Source: Leucoraja ocellata
Taxonomy: Eukaryota
DNA length: 64,000 nt
Reading direction: 5' to 3'
Assembly (NCBI GenBank): GCA_036785375.1
Contig: JAWMAR010000070.1
Coordinates: 7,130,001 to 7,194,000, forward strand
Shown here piece after piece: positions 49,526 to 62,552 of the stretch. The position numbers and the translations under genes were made by a program. Position 1 is the stretch's first letter; every line of letters begins with the position of its first letter. The notes below the pieces were generated by a model. That model saw nothing but the letters and a program-made list of their open reading frames with translations. It ran no database searches and was not told where the DNA came from.

Positions 49526-52096
49526 GTGAATGTGTGAAGATAAAGCTTTAGATGTAAAAGGGGCAAAAACGGACCACAATATGGTCGAATTCCATATTCA
49601 AATAGAAGGGGAGCAGGTTGAAACTCAGGCTAGGGTGCTTAGTCTAAATAAGGGGGATTATGAAGGTATGAGGACTGAGCTGATCAAAGTTGACTGGGAT
49701 AGCAGACTCAAGAATAAGACGGTACATGAGCAGTGGTGTACGTTTAAGGGTATACTGTATAATCTTCAAGAAAAATTTATTCCTATGAAGAAAAAAAGGG
49801 GTAAGGGTAAGAACAGTCAGCCATGGCTCAGTAAAACTATAAAGGATAGTATTCGGCTGAAAGCAAGGGCATATAAGGTAGCCAGAGATAGTGGGAGGGT
49901 AGAGGATTGGGAAGCATTTAAAGGTCAGCAAAAAATAACTAAGAGATTAATTAAGACGGGGAAAATAGATTATGAAAGGAATTTAGCGAACAACATAAAA
50001 ACTAATAGTAAGAGTTTTTATAGCTATATAAAAAGAAAAAGGGTGGCTAAGGTGAACGTTGGTCCATTGGAGGGTGAGACTGGAGAGTTGTTGGTGGGGA
50101 ACATGGAAATGGCAAAGGCATTAAACGAGTATTTTGTATCAGTCTTCACCATAGAAGACACAAAAAATATTCCAACGCTGGATAAACAGGGGGCGGTAGG
50201 AATGGAGGAGCTAAATACTATTAAGATCACCAAGGAGGTGGTATTAGGGAAATTAATGAGACTGAAGGAGGATAAATCCCCTGGGCCTGATGGATTACAT
50301 CCAAGGGTCTTGAGGGAGATAGCGGTGGGGATTGTGGATGCATTGGTGATAATTTTCCAAAACTCCCTGGAGGCAGGAACGGTCCCAGTGGATTGGAAAA
50401 TGGCCAATGTAACACCTATATTTAAAAAAGGAAGTAAACAGAAGGCGGGTAACTATAGACCGGTTAGTCTAACATCGGTGGTGGGTAAAATGTTAGAGAC
50501 AATTATTAAAGAAACACTAACGGGGCACTTGGATAAACATGACTTCATCGGACAGAACCAGCATGGTTTTGTGAAGGGGAAGTCCTGTTTAACGAATCTG
50601 CTCGAATTCTTTGAGGAAGTAACAACCCGGGTGGATAAAGGGGAACCGGTGGATGTGGTATACTTGGACTTCCAAAAGGCTTTTGACAAGGTGCCACATA
50701 AGAGACTATTGCTAAAAATAAAAAATTATGGGATTGGGGGTAATATATTAGCATGGGTAGAGGATTGGCTAACAAATAGGAAGCAGAGAGTGGGGATAAA
50801 TGGTTCATACTCGGGATGGCAACCGGTAACTAGCGGGGTTCCGCAGGGGTCGGTGCTGGGACCCCAGTTGTTCACAATTTATATAAATGATTTGGAGGAG
50901 GGAACCAAGTGTAATATATCAAAATTTGCGGACGATACAAAAATGGGAGGAAAAGTAGGGGATGAGGAGGATAGGAAGAGTCTGCAAAAGGATATAGATA
51001 AGCTAGGTGAGTGGGCAACAACTTGGCAGATGAAATTTAATACTAATAAATGTGAAGTCATTCACTTTGGGAAAAAAAATGATAGGGCAAGTTATTTTCT
51101 AAATGAGGAGGAGCTGCGTTGTAATGCAACGCAAAGGGATCTAGGGGTATTAGTACATGAATCACTGAAAGTTAGTATGCAGGTGCAGCAAGCAATCAGG
51201 AAGGCCAATGGAGTTTTGGCCTTTATTGCTAGGGGGATTGAGTATAAAAACACGGAGGTCTTGCTGCAGCTGTACACAGTATTAGTGAGACCACATTTGG
51301 AATACTGTGTACAGTTCTGGGGTCCATACTTAAGAAAGGATGTACTAGCCCTGGAGGCAGTGCAGCGAAGGTTTACAAGATTAATTCCTGCAATGAGGGG
51401 ATTGACATATGAGGAAAGGTTAAGTAGGCTGGAACTCTACTCTTTGGAGTTTAGAAGAATGAGAGGCGATCTCATTGAAACATATAAGATCGTGAGGGGC
51501 CTTGATCGGGTGGATGCACCGAGGATGTTCCCAATGATCGGGGAAACTAGAACTAGGGGACATAGTTGCAGAATAAGAGGGGGCTCTTTTAAAACTGAGA
51601 TGAGGAAGAACTTCTTCACCCAGAGGGTGGTTAATTTATGGAATTCACTGCCCCAGGGAGCAGTGGAAGCAGAAACTTTAAATATATTTAAGACAAAAAT
51701 AGATGTTTTTTTAGCTGCCAAGGGGATAAGGGGCTACGGGGAGAGGGCAGGGATATGGACCTAGGTATGGTTAGTATAGTAAGACCTGAGTGATCTCCTG
51801 GACAAGTGTCGATCGCCTGGATTGGGGTCGGAGAGGAATTTCCCGGATTTTTTTCCCGAATTGGACCTGGGTTTTTATCCGTTTTTTTGCCTCCCCCAGG
51901 AGATCACGAGGTTCTTGGGGTGGAGAGGGGTGATAGCGGTATAAGGGGGAGGGTAGTGTCTTGTGTTCTGTGTCTTGTGTCTACTGTTTGTGGGTAAGTG
52001 TGTCTGTTTAGTGTTCAGCCATGAGCGAATGGCGGTGCGGGCTCGACGGACCTGGTGGTCTACTCTCGCACCTACTTTCTATGTTTCTATGTTTCT
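49526..52096 (+). mobile_element. Young 5'-truncated CR1-clade LINE with uninterrupted ORF2/RT fragment (49530-51764, 744 aa)
   Basis: RT motifs [28 protein letters not shown] and KFADD. (TTTCTATG)n tail. AAGGT TSD (49521-49525 and 52097-52101). Absent at the paralogous site near 3304. Confidence 0.92.
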
Positions 52097-55000
52097 AAGG
52101 TAGATGAAAAATTGTTTTATGACTTAAAAAAGGGGGTTTGAGGGAACTCACAATGAGGGATGAAAGGTGAGAAGATAAAGTAGATTGGGGAAGAGAACAT
52201 ATTTGGAGAATTGAATATTTAGGTGGGGAGAGCCTCTTTGGATATAATCGGATTAAAGGATAAATTCACAGGGAAGTGTTAAGAAGGGACTGGAGATACT
52301 GGAGGATCAAAGGGGGACAAAAGTGCTGGAGAAACAGCTGGTGAACAAGATTCACAACTTTTTATTGATACAGGAAAAGCTGCTCTGTCCACCCCCTGGA
52401 GAGTGGGGGAAAGCCACCTACAGGCCCTGGGCAATTAACTAATTATGTATGGTCGGCAATTAACCCATGTCTTGCCAGATCTACATTCCCAGGTTGGAGG
52501 AGTTTTTGCTGGAAACCAGTGACCAAGGCCATAAAGGCTATACGATGGGGGTGCTGGGACAAGAAGAAATTGAGACTGTTGAAAGAAACAACCAAGTGTT
52601 GCTAACAACATGAACTGCTGTAAAGATGAAAGATCATCGTCGCTGGATACATTTGATTGACTGTGAACAGTTTGTGGAAACAAGGACGATGGGCTATTGA
52701 TGCTCCCTTTATTCTGGGGTGGCCCAGCCCACATGGACTGAACTTTCTTCAGAATGGCAAACTTGCAGACTAACCTACATTTAAAGGATGGTACACACCT
52801 CCTTTTAAACAAGATTGAAGTCAAACATGACAAGCGCAGCAAAGATACCCTGACTACGGACAGTAAGAGGTCTGCAAAGGCCAGTTAAATCTACCTGTTT
52901 TTGCCACAACCAAGGCACTGGTGTATATTAAGGAAACAGTATATTTGTGACAGGGCATTGTTATGTTGCAAATGCAGTGCCACACAAGAGAAGCATGAAC
53001 CAGTTACACCAGCACACAGGGAATTCCAAATGAAGCCGAATAAAGGCTGAGCAATTTTTATGAACCTTTTCCTGTCCTATGGTAGTATCTTAGTGTCACA
53101 TCCGGGGGAGGTTGGTGGCCATTTAAAATGTTTGGAGGGACTTGTGAAACGATTGTCCACTATGAATTGATTGTGCTACTAGTGTACTATTAATTTGTCT
53201 GATGAGATGCTTATCGTCTTTCGTATGTACTCAGGAAGGACTGCAGTTGTTATCAAAATTTTGATAAAAGGATGGAATGATGAAGCCGAATTTTAGTTAA
53301 AAATATAAGAAGATATTAAATTGGCTTCTGGGCTAGCTTACAGCTTATATTTAGTGTCAAATTAAACTTTCCTCAGGTTGCGGGGTGTGTGAGATAACAT
53401 TGTCTCCCAAGTGAAGGAGCTAGAGAGATATCTTTGAAAGTAAGATGCCATAAACCAAATGACCAATGTTTATGGGGGAGGAGGCAATAAAGGAAGAGAG
53501 AAATAGACAGTCACATCTTTGTAAACAAATGACCTATGTTTATGAGGGACCAAATGACAGAGGAAGCAGCGAAAAGAGCTAGGGTGGTCTATTTGGAGAT
53601 AAGGCAAATGGCCAATGTTTTTAGTATATCTTGTACCATGTTAAAAAAAGGTTTGATGTGATGCATTCTGTGGAAACCTTTTCCAGTACCTCTGACCATG
53701 ACTAATGTCTGTGGAATGTGATAAGGGGACAAAAAAACCCTATTTAAGGCAATGTAATTCTGTTGTTAAGGGGAGGTGGCTGAGCACAGTCAAGTGTCTG
53801 TGTTGGTCACTTGACTGGAGTTCTCCCTCCCTTCCATCGGCCGATGTTAAGTAAAGTTTTGAACTGGTCTACCAAACAGTTTGTGTGGTGTCTGTTTATT
53901 AAGAAGCGAACCTGGTTTAGTAGTTAAGATAAGTAGCTTTTTCAGTGTGGTCTATAGATATTGATGACTTCAGTGGAACAAGATGTAAAGAAGGTGTTTA
54001 TCCCTCGATCAGCGCATTGAAATCCCTCCTCAACATTAACAGTTCGGAACAATTATTATTTGCATCCCAAGTCAAACTGAACTGCCCTCATTTGTGTTTA
54101 AGAAGGAACTGCAGATGCTGGAAAATCGAAGGTAGACAAAAGTGCTGGAGAAACTCAGCGGGTGCAGCAACATCTATGGAGCAAAGGAAATAGGCAACGT
54201 TTTAGGACGAAACCCTTCCGGGTTTGGCCCGAAACGTTGCCTATTTCCAGAAGGGTTTTGGGACGAAATGTTGCCTATTTCCTTTGCTCTATAGATGCTG
54301 CTGCACCCGCTGAGTTTCTCCAGCATTTTTGTCTTCTCTTACTTGTTCCAATCCAGAATATTTTAACAGGTCTGAGCAGCAAAGATGTGCCATGGAGTTG
54401 CCTTTAGCTGAGTTGAGTCGAGTTGACTTGAGTTTAGTTCAGATTTGTTTAGATTTATACAATGGTATATGGACACACTGATCTGTTCTGTATTTGTGCC
54501 TACTATGTTCTGTTGTGCTGAAGCAAAGCAAGAATTTCATTGTCCTATCAGGGACACATGACAATAATCTCTCTTGAACACTTGAACTTGAGTGATCACC
54601 CGTAAACTAGTTCTAACCTACACACAAGGGACAATTTACTGAAGCCAATTAACCTACAAACCCGCACGTCTTTGACATCTGTGAGGAAACTGTAGCACCT
54701 GGGAGAAACCCTCACGGTCATAGGGAAAAAGTACAACCACCGTACAGACAGTACCTACAGTCAGCATTGAACCCGGGTCACTAGCGCTGTACGGCAGCAA
54801 CTCTACTGCTGTATCACTGAGCCTCCCTTACATTGGCCTCTTGCACAGTTGCAGCAGCTGATTAGAGTCCAGTTTTGACCCTTGTTGGGATTGTGCAGAA
54901 ACATAGAAAATTGGTGCAGGAGGAGGCCATTCGGCCCCTCGATCCAGCACCGCCATTCAATATGATCATGGCTGAACATCCTAAATCACTACCACTTTCC

Positions 55001-58000
55001 TGCTTTCTCCCCATATCCCTTGATTCCGTTAGCACTAAGAGCTTAATCTAACTCTCTCTTGAAAACATCCAGTGAATTGGCCTCCACTGCCTTCTGTGGC
55101 AGAGAATTCCACAGATTCACAATTCTCTGGGTGAAAATGTTTTTTTCATCTCAGTCCTAAATGGCCGACACCTTATTCTTAAACTGTGTGACCACTGGTT
55201 CTGGACTCCCCCAACATCGGGAATATTTTTCCTGCACCTATCTAGTCTGTCCGATCCCTTAAGAATTTTATATGTTTTTATAAATATGTTCCAGTCTCAT
55301 CCTAAATTCCAGTGAATACAAGCACAGTCGATCCATTCTTTCGTCATATGTCAGGGGTGGAAGATTGCAACCTTCACGAGGTCCACCCTGTTTCGACTAA
55401 TGCAATCAATTCGACGTGCACAAACGGAAGATCAAATAGAACAAAGGTAGACAAAAATGCTGGAGAGACTCAGCGGGTGCAGCAGCATCTATGTAGCAAA
55501 GGAAATAGGCAATGTTTCGGAACGAAACCCTTCTGGAAATAGGCAACGTTTCAAGCCAAAACCCGGAAGGGTTTCGGCCCGAAACGTTGCCTATTTCCTT
55601 CGCTCCATAGATGCTGCTGCACCCGCTGAGTTTCTCCAGGATTTTTGTGTACCTTCGATTTTCCAGTATCTGCAGTTTCTTCTTCAACATCAAATAGAAC
55701 AAGTTGTCCTACAACTTTAGGCTGTGCACGCCACACGAAAGAAGAAGTTGACATGTCAGTCCCGCCATCCCGGGTATTAACCTGGTGAACCTACGTTGCA
55801 CTCCCTCAATAGCAAGAATGCCCTTCCTCAAGATGACAGTGAAGGGCCGCCACTACACAGACACCCAGTAGACCTGATAGAATGATATAAAATTATGAGA
55901 GGCGTAGATAGCTGAGATAACCTGAAGCAATTTCCCGAAGGCTTTGGAGACGGTGCAGAAACGGTTCCCCAGAATGATGTCGGGATCGGAGGTTGTTAGT
56001 TATATGGACAGGTTGGATAATCTTGGATTGGTTTCTCTAGAACTTCAGATGTTGAGCGGAGACCTGACAGAAGGTAATAAAATTCTTAAGGGGTTGGACA
56101 GGCTAGATGCAGGAACGTTGTTTCCGATGTTGGGGAAGTCCAGAACAAGGGGTCACAGTTTAAGGATAAGGGGGAAATCTTTTAGGACCGAGATGAGAAA
56201 AACATTTTTCACACAGAGAGTGGTGAATCTGTGGAATTCTCTGCCGCAGAAGGTAGTTGAGGCCACAGTTCATTGGCTTTTTTTAGGAGGGAGATAGATG
56301 TGGCCCTTGTGGCTAAAGGGATCAGGGGGTATGGAGCGAAGGCAGATACAGGATACTGAGTTGGATGATCAGCCATGATCATATTGAATGGCGGTGCAGG
56401 CTCGAAGGGCCGAATGGTCAACTCCTGCACCTATTGTCTATTGTCTATTGAGATAGGAAACATTTAAAGATGTGCGAAGCACAGAGGGTGGTGGGTGCCT
56501 GGAACACGATGCTGTGGGTGGTGGAGGCAGATACAATAGTTCAGAGTCTTTATCTAAAAAATCTCATGGATATGCAGGGAATTGAGATTATGGATCAGGT
56601 GCAGGCAGAGGAGATTAGCTGAACTTGGCAGCATGTTCAGCACGGACCTTGTGGGCCGAAGGGCCTGTTCCTGTGCTGTTCCATGTTCTATGTTACATCA
56701 TCTTCTCAATCACATCTTGAGAAGAACATTTTCCAGAGGTGCCCTGGTACCACCAGTGTGACATTCATTGTATCTGCTGCAGTCAACGAGTGTGTTGTGT
56801 AGACAGCCAGAGGAGAAGATGGGATTTATGTGCAGTTTCATTTTGTAATCATTATTTATTTAATGTCATAGTGTAATAGAGTCATAGAGTGATACAGCGT
56901 GGAAACAGGCCCTTCGGCCCAACTTGCCCACACTGGCCAACATGTCCCAGCTACACTAGTCTCACCTGCCTGTGTTTGGTCCATATCCCTCCAAACCTGT
57001 CCTCCCCATGTACATGACTCACTGTTTCTTAAACATTGGGATCTAAATGTTGCCTCACCAACGCAAGATGACCTCCCAACCTCTATACTCCATACTGTGA
57101 CTGATGAAGGCCAAAGTACCAAAAGCCTTTTTGACCACCGTATCTATCAACTGCATCTTCAAGGAACCATGTACCTTCACTCATAGATCCCTCTGCTATA
57201 CAACATTCCCCAGAGCTGGACTATTCACTGTGTAGGTCCTGCACATGTTAGAAACATAGAAACATAGAAACTAGGTGCAGGAGTAGGCCATTCAGCCCTT
57301 CGAGCCTGCACCGCCATTCAATATGATCATGGCTGATCATCCAACACAGTTTCCAGTACCTGCCTTCTCTCCATACCCTCTGATCCCCTTAGCCACAAGG
57401 GCCACATCTAACTCCCTCTTCAATATAGCCATTGAATTGGCCTCGACTACCCTCTGGTTACCCTCTCCCCAAGACTCCCCAAAACACAACATCTCACATT
57501 ACTCTGTATTAAATTCCATCAACCGTTCCTCAGCCCAACTGGCCAATATTTCAGGATCCTGCTGCAATTTTTCACAACCATCTCCACTATCTGCAAAACC
57601 GCCTACTTTAGTGTCATAGAAACATAGAAAATAGGTGCAGGAGTAGAGGCCATTCGGCCCTTCGAGCCTGCACCGCTATTCAATATGATCATGGCTGATC
57701 ATCCAACTCAGTATCCTGTACCAGCCTTCTCTCCATACCCCCTGATCCCTTTAGCCACAAGGGCCACATCTAACTCCCTCTTAAATATAGTCATCTGCCT
57801 TTACTTCTGTTCCTGTTCTCAACATTTTCCACATGTTGTTCCGTCCCCGTGTGGTCATGGACAATGTTGGACACAGCTCATAGAAGCCGGCGATGTTGCC
57901 CGTAGTGAGCAAGAGTTGCACAAAGTTCACACCCAACTCAATGCTGGCGTACAAAGAATCACTCACACCGGCTGTCTTCAAGAGAGTTTATTTCCATTAA

Positions 58001-58426
58001 TGATACATTTACCAATGCAAGCACGATCTGTCCCATTGCACTACATTTGCCCCATATCCCCCTAAACCTTTCCCTGTCCCAAGTGTGTATTAAATATTCT
58101 TACAATTCCCACCCCACCAGACAGTTCTATAAACCCACCGCCCCCTGAGTGAAAATGTTGCCCCTCAGGTTCCTATTAAATCTTGCCCCTCTAACCTTAA
58201 ACTTATGTCCCCCTGGTTCTTGATTCCCGTACCCCAGGTAAAAGATGTTTTGTGTTCACCCCTCTATTCCCCTCATGATGAATTAAGTGACTACAATATA
58301 GAATGCTGTTGTTGGCCTAAGTATGTGAAGTTTATAATGATGGATGTTACTGTGTGTTTGTGCTGTCCTGCCACTGCCTGTTGCTTCTGTGACATGGGGG
58401 GGCCTGTGCTGGGTCAGTGTGAGGTT

Positions 58427-58939
58427 TCACATCACTGTCAGCTTGGTATTTAGTCTACATTCCTCTTTGCCAGTGAACCAAGCGCAGGAATACATCCCAA
58501 CATCACTCTTCTGTAAACCCGTGATGACCAACGAGGCATCCCGTGTCCCATCCACGTTTGTTTCCTTGAACGACCAGCGGCCGGCCCCCCCTGGATAGGT
58601 CGCACCTTTCCCTTTAGTAAACACGGCCAATGTCCCCTTCCCTTTACTCCAGGTGACAGCAAAGTTGCTGGGTCCATCCTTCCCTGTGGGTACTATACAG
58701 GGTAGCGTAGCAGAACCACCCTTTGCCGTCACATCCGTGAATTTCATCTTGTTCGCAGCTGGCCTAGCACCGCATTCTGGAGTATCTTGTTTGTTGACTT
58801 GTCGAGGCTCCCGTGCGTTCCACCCGGGCAAGTTTGCTTCCTCTCCCCATTCTCTGGAGATCGGACCTGTTCCAGTTGCGGAGACTTGCCACACCATCTC
58901 CACAAGGACCATGAATCCTATCCATCTCTGCAGTCCCAT
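58427..58939 (-). CDS. Secreted single V-set protein, type A copy 1' (segmental duplicate of 9634..10146)
   Basis: Differs from A1 by 3 aa (Y>F, K>I, I>T). Offset 48793. Confidence 0.85.
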   Translation of the reverse strand: MGLQRWIGFMVLVEMVWQVSATGTGPISREWGEEANLPGWNAREPRQVNKQDTPECGARPAANKMKFTDVTAKGGSATLPCIVPTGKDGPSNFAVTWSKGKGTLAVFTKGKGATYPGGAGRWSFKETNVDGTRDASLVITGLQKSDVGMYSCAWFTGKEECRLNTKLTVM

Positions 58940-59588
58940 GTTCCTGTGGGTGAAACAATGGGTCACCTTATTGCAACTCAGTAGGATTCATGATGACATT
59001 CCCTGAACCCGCCCAGAGTTGGGGAATCGAGAACCAGAGGACATCGGTTTAAGGCGAGGGGGGGGGGGAAAGATTTAATGGGAAACTGAGGGGTGACTTT
59101 TTTACACAAAGGGTGGAGGGTGTTTGGAACGAGCTGCCGGAAGAGGTAGTTGGGGCAGGTACTATCACAATGATTAAGAAACAGTTAGACAGGTACATTG
59201 ATAGGACAGGATTAGAGGGGTAAGGGCCAAACGCAGGCAGGTGGGTCTAGTATTGATGGGACACGTTGGTGGGCGTGGGCAAGTTGGGCCGAAGGTCTCG
59301 CTGTGACTCTATGACTCCATCACTTGTCCCACCCCGGTCATTCCTCCTTCTCCCTGGTCCTGTCTAGCAGAAGGTACAGAAGCTTGAAAGCGCGCACCAC
59401 CAGACTCAGGAACAGCTTCTTCCCCTCTGCTATCAGGCTTCTGAACTGGGGGAACAGTGAACAGAGACAATCCCACCCCCATCACTCACAGACACTTGAA
59501 GGATCCACAGGGTTGGTTACCAGCTCCGGAGTCTCCACACAGGGTGACGGGGTCGGTCTTGTTCTCATCTCCTGCCATCGCTCGCTCC

Positions 59589-59665
59589 TTTTATACCGAC
59601 TCCCGGCTTCTCCTGCCCCTCATTGTCTGCCCTCATGTACATTCAACCAATCACTGCCTCCCACG
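59589..59665 (-). promoter_or_regulatory. Promoter of A1' (ERSE 59647-59665, TATA 59589-59595)
   Basis: Same cassette as A1. Confidence 0.6.
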
Positions 59666-61827
59666 GAGCATTGGCCGGAGTCAGCCGCGACCTCTCCACC
59701 CACTGCCAAACGTGTCGTTGCATCAGCCGTTAACGTTTAACAAGAACAACGTCATCCCAGCTGCCAGCGGCCAACCAGGCGCCCCACACATCCTGCTTGT
59801 GTCTCCACCACGTCTCGCTTTGGCCACCCATCGGACCAGATGTCCCAGCCACGCCACGTCACCACCACAGCCCTTGGCACCTGCGCTGGTTCCACAGTTT
59901 ATACTCAATCTGAGCCGGCAGCTGGGATGGCGTTGGATCAATTCTTCCTTCCCAACAACCATCAGGCTGTTGAACACGACACGACACTGAGGTCAACGAT
60001 GAACGTCTATGGAATGTCCAAGGTTGCACTAATGCCCCTGTCCCACTTAGGAAACCTGAACGGAAACCTCTGGAGACTTAGCGCCCCACCCAAGGTTTCC
60101 GTGCGGTTCACGGAGGTTTTTGTCTGTCTCCCTACCTGCTTCCACTACCTGCAACCTCCGGCAACCACCTGCAACCTCCGGCAACCACCTGCAACCTCCG
60201 GGAACCTTCGGGACGAAACGTTGCCTATTTCCTTCACTCCATAGATGCTGCTGCACCCGCTGAGTTTCTCCAGCATTTTTGTGTACCTTCGATTTTCCAG
60301 TATCTGCAGTTTCTTCTTCAACATCAAATAGAACAAGTTGTCCTACAACTTTAGGCTGTGCACGCCACACGAAAGAAGAAGTTGACATGTCTGTCCCGCC
60401 ATCCCGGGTATTAACCTGGTGAACCTACGTTGCACTCCCTCAATAGCAAGAATGCCCTTCCTCAAAATGACAGTGAAGTGCTGCCTCTACAGAGACACCC
60501 AATAGACCTGATAGAATGGTATAAAATGATGAGAGGCGTAGATAGCTGAGATAACCTGAAGCAATTTCCCGAAGGCTTTGGAGACGGTGCAGAAGCAGTT
60601 CCCCAGAATGATGTCGGGATCGGAGGTTGTTAGTTATATGGACAGGTTGGATAATCTTGGATTAGTTTCTCTAGAACTTCAGATGTTGAGCGGAGACCTG
60701 ACAGAAGGTAATAAAATTCTTAAGGGGTTGGACAGGCTAGATGCAGGAACGTTGTTCCCGATGTTGGGGAAGTCCAGAACTAGGGGTCACAGTTTAAGGA
60801 TAAGGGGGAAATCTTTTAGGACCGAGATGAGAAAAACATTTTTCACACAGAGAGTGGTGAATGTGGAATTCTCTGCCACAGAAGGTATTTGAGGCCAGTT
60901 CATTGGCTATATTTAAGAGGGAGTTAGATGTGGCCCTTGTGGCTAAAGGGATCAGGGGGTATGGAGAGAAGGCAGGTACTGGATACTGAGTTTGATGATC
61001 AGCCATGATCATATTGAATGGCGGTGCAGGCTCGAAGGGCCGAATGGCCTACTCCTGCACCTATTGTCTATTGTCTACTGTCTATTGTCTATTGAGATAG
61101 GAAACATTTAAAGATACAAGTGGAGGTAGTTACAATAGTTCAGAGACTTTATCTAAAAAATCTCATGGACATGCAGGGAATTGAGATTATGGATCAGGTG
61201 CAGGCAGAGGAGATTAGCTGAACTTGGCATCATGTTCAGCACGGACCTTGTGGGCCGAAGGGCCTGTTCCTGTGCTGTTCCATGTTCTATGTTACATCAT
61301 CTTCTCAATCACATCTTGAGAAGAACATTTTCCAGAGGTGCCCAGGTACCACCAGTGTGACATTCATTGTATCTGCTGCAGTCAATGAGTGTGTTGTGTA
61401 GACAGCCAGAGGAGAAGATGGGATTTATGTGGAGTTTCATTTTGTAATCATTATTTATTTAATATCATAGTGTAATAGAGTCATAGAGTGATACAGCGTG
61501 GAAACAGGCCCTTCGGCCCAACTTGCCCACACTGGCCAACATGTCCCAGCTACACTAGTCCCACCTATCCACGTTTGGTCCATATCCTTCTAAATCTGAC
61601 CTATACCTGTTCCTGTTTAACTGTTTCTTAAACGTTGGGATAGTTTCTGCCTCAACTGCGATGAGTTGACCAGAACGAGACGTGGTGGAGACACAAGCAG
61701 GATGTGTGGGGCGCCTGGTTGGCCGCTGGCAGCTGGGATGACGTTGTTCTTGTTAAACGTTAACGGCTGATGCAACGACACGTTTGGCAGAGGGTGGAGA
61801 GGTCGCGGCTGACTCCGGCCAATGCTC

Positions 61828-61904
61828 CGTGGGAGGCAGTGATTGGTTGAATGTACGTGAGGGCAGACAATGAGGGGCAGGAGAAGCCGGGAGTCGGTAT
61901 AAAA
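61828..61904 (+). promoter_or_regulatory. Promoter of B1' (ERSE 61828-61846, TATA 61898-61904)
   Basis: Same cassette as B1. Confidence 0.6.
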
Positions 61905-62552
61905 GGAGCGAGCGATGGCAGGAGATGAGAACAAGACCGACCCCGTCACCCTGTGTGGAGACTCCGGAGCTGGTAACCAACCCTGTGGATCCTTCAAGTG
62001 TCTGTGAGTGATGGGGGTGGGATTGTCTCTGTTCACTGTTCCCCCAGTTCAGAAGCCTGATAGCAGAGGGGAAGAAGCTGTTCCTGAGTCTGGTGGTGCG
62101 CGCTTTCAAGCTTCTGTACCTTCTGCTAGACAGGACCAGGGAGAAGGAGGAATGACCGGGGTGGGACAAGTGATGGAGTCATAGAGTCACAGCGAGACCT
62201 TCGGCCCAACTTGCCCGCGCCCACCAATGTGTCCCCATCAATACTAGACCCACCTGCCTGCGTTTGGCCCTTACCCCTCTAATCCTGTCCTATCAATGTA
62301 CCTGTCTAACTGTTTCTTAATCATTGTGATAGTACCTGCCCCAACTACCTCTTCCGGCAGCTCGTTCCAAACACCCTCCACCCTTTGTGTAAAAAAGTCA
62401 CCCCTCAGTTTCCCATGAAATCTTTCCCCCCCCCTCGCCTTAAACCGATGTCCTCTGGTTCTCGATTCCCCAACTCTGGGCGGGTTCAGGGAATGTCATC
62501 ATGAATCCTACTGAGTTGCAATAAGGTGACCCATTGTTTCACCCACAGGAAC

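Larger units (their letters stand above)
45018..53944 (+). mobile_element. Defective class I (epsilon/gamma-like) ERV, copy 2, with both LTRs (45018-45685 and 53278-53944)
   Basis: Near-identical ~667-bp LTRs with TG...CA termini. 4-bp TSD GTGT (45014-45017 and 53945-53948). PBS TGGCGTAGT at 45687 resembles the tRNA-Ser 3' end. PPT precedes the 3' LTR. gag/RNase H/integrase remnants; no recognisable intact RT or env. Confidence 0.85.
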
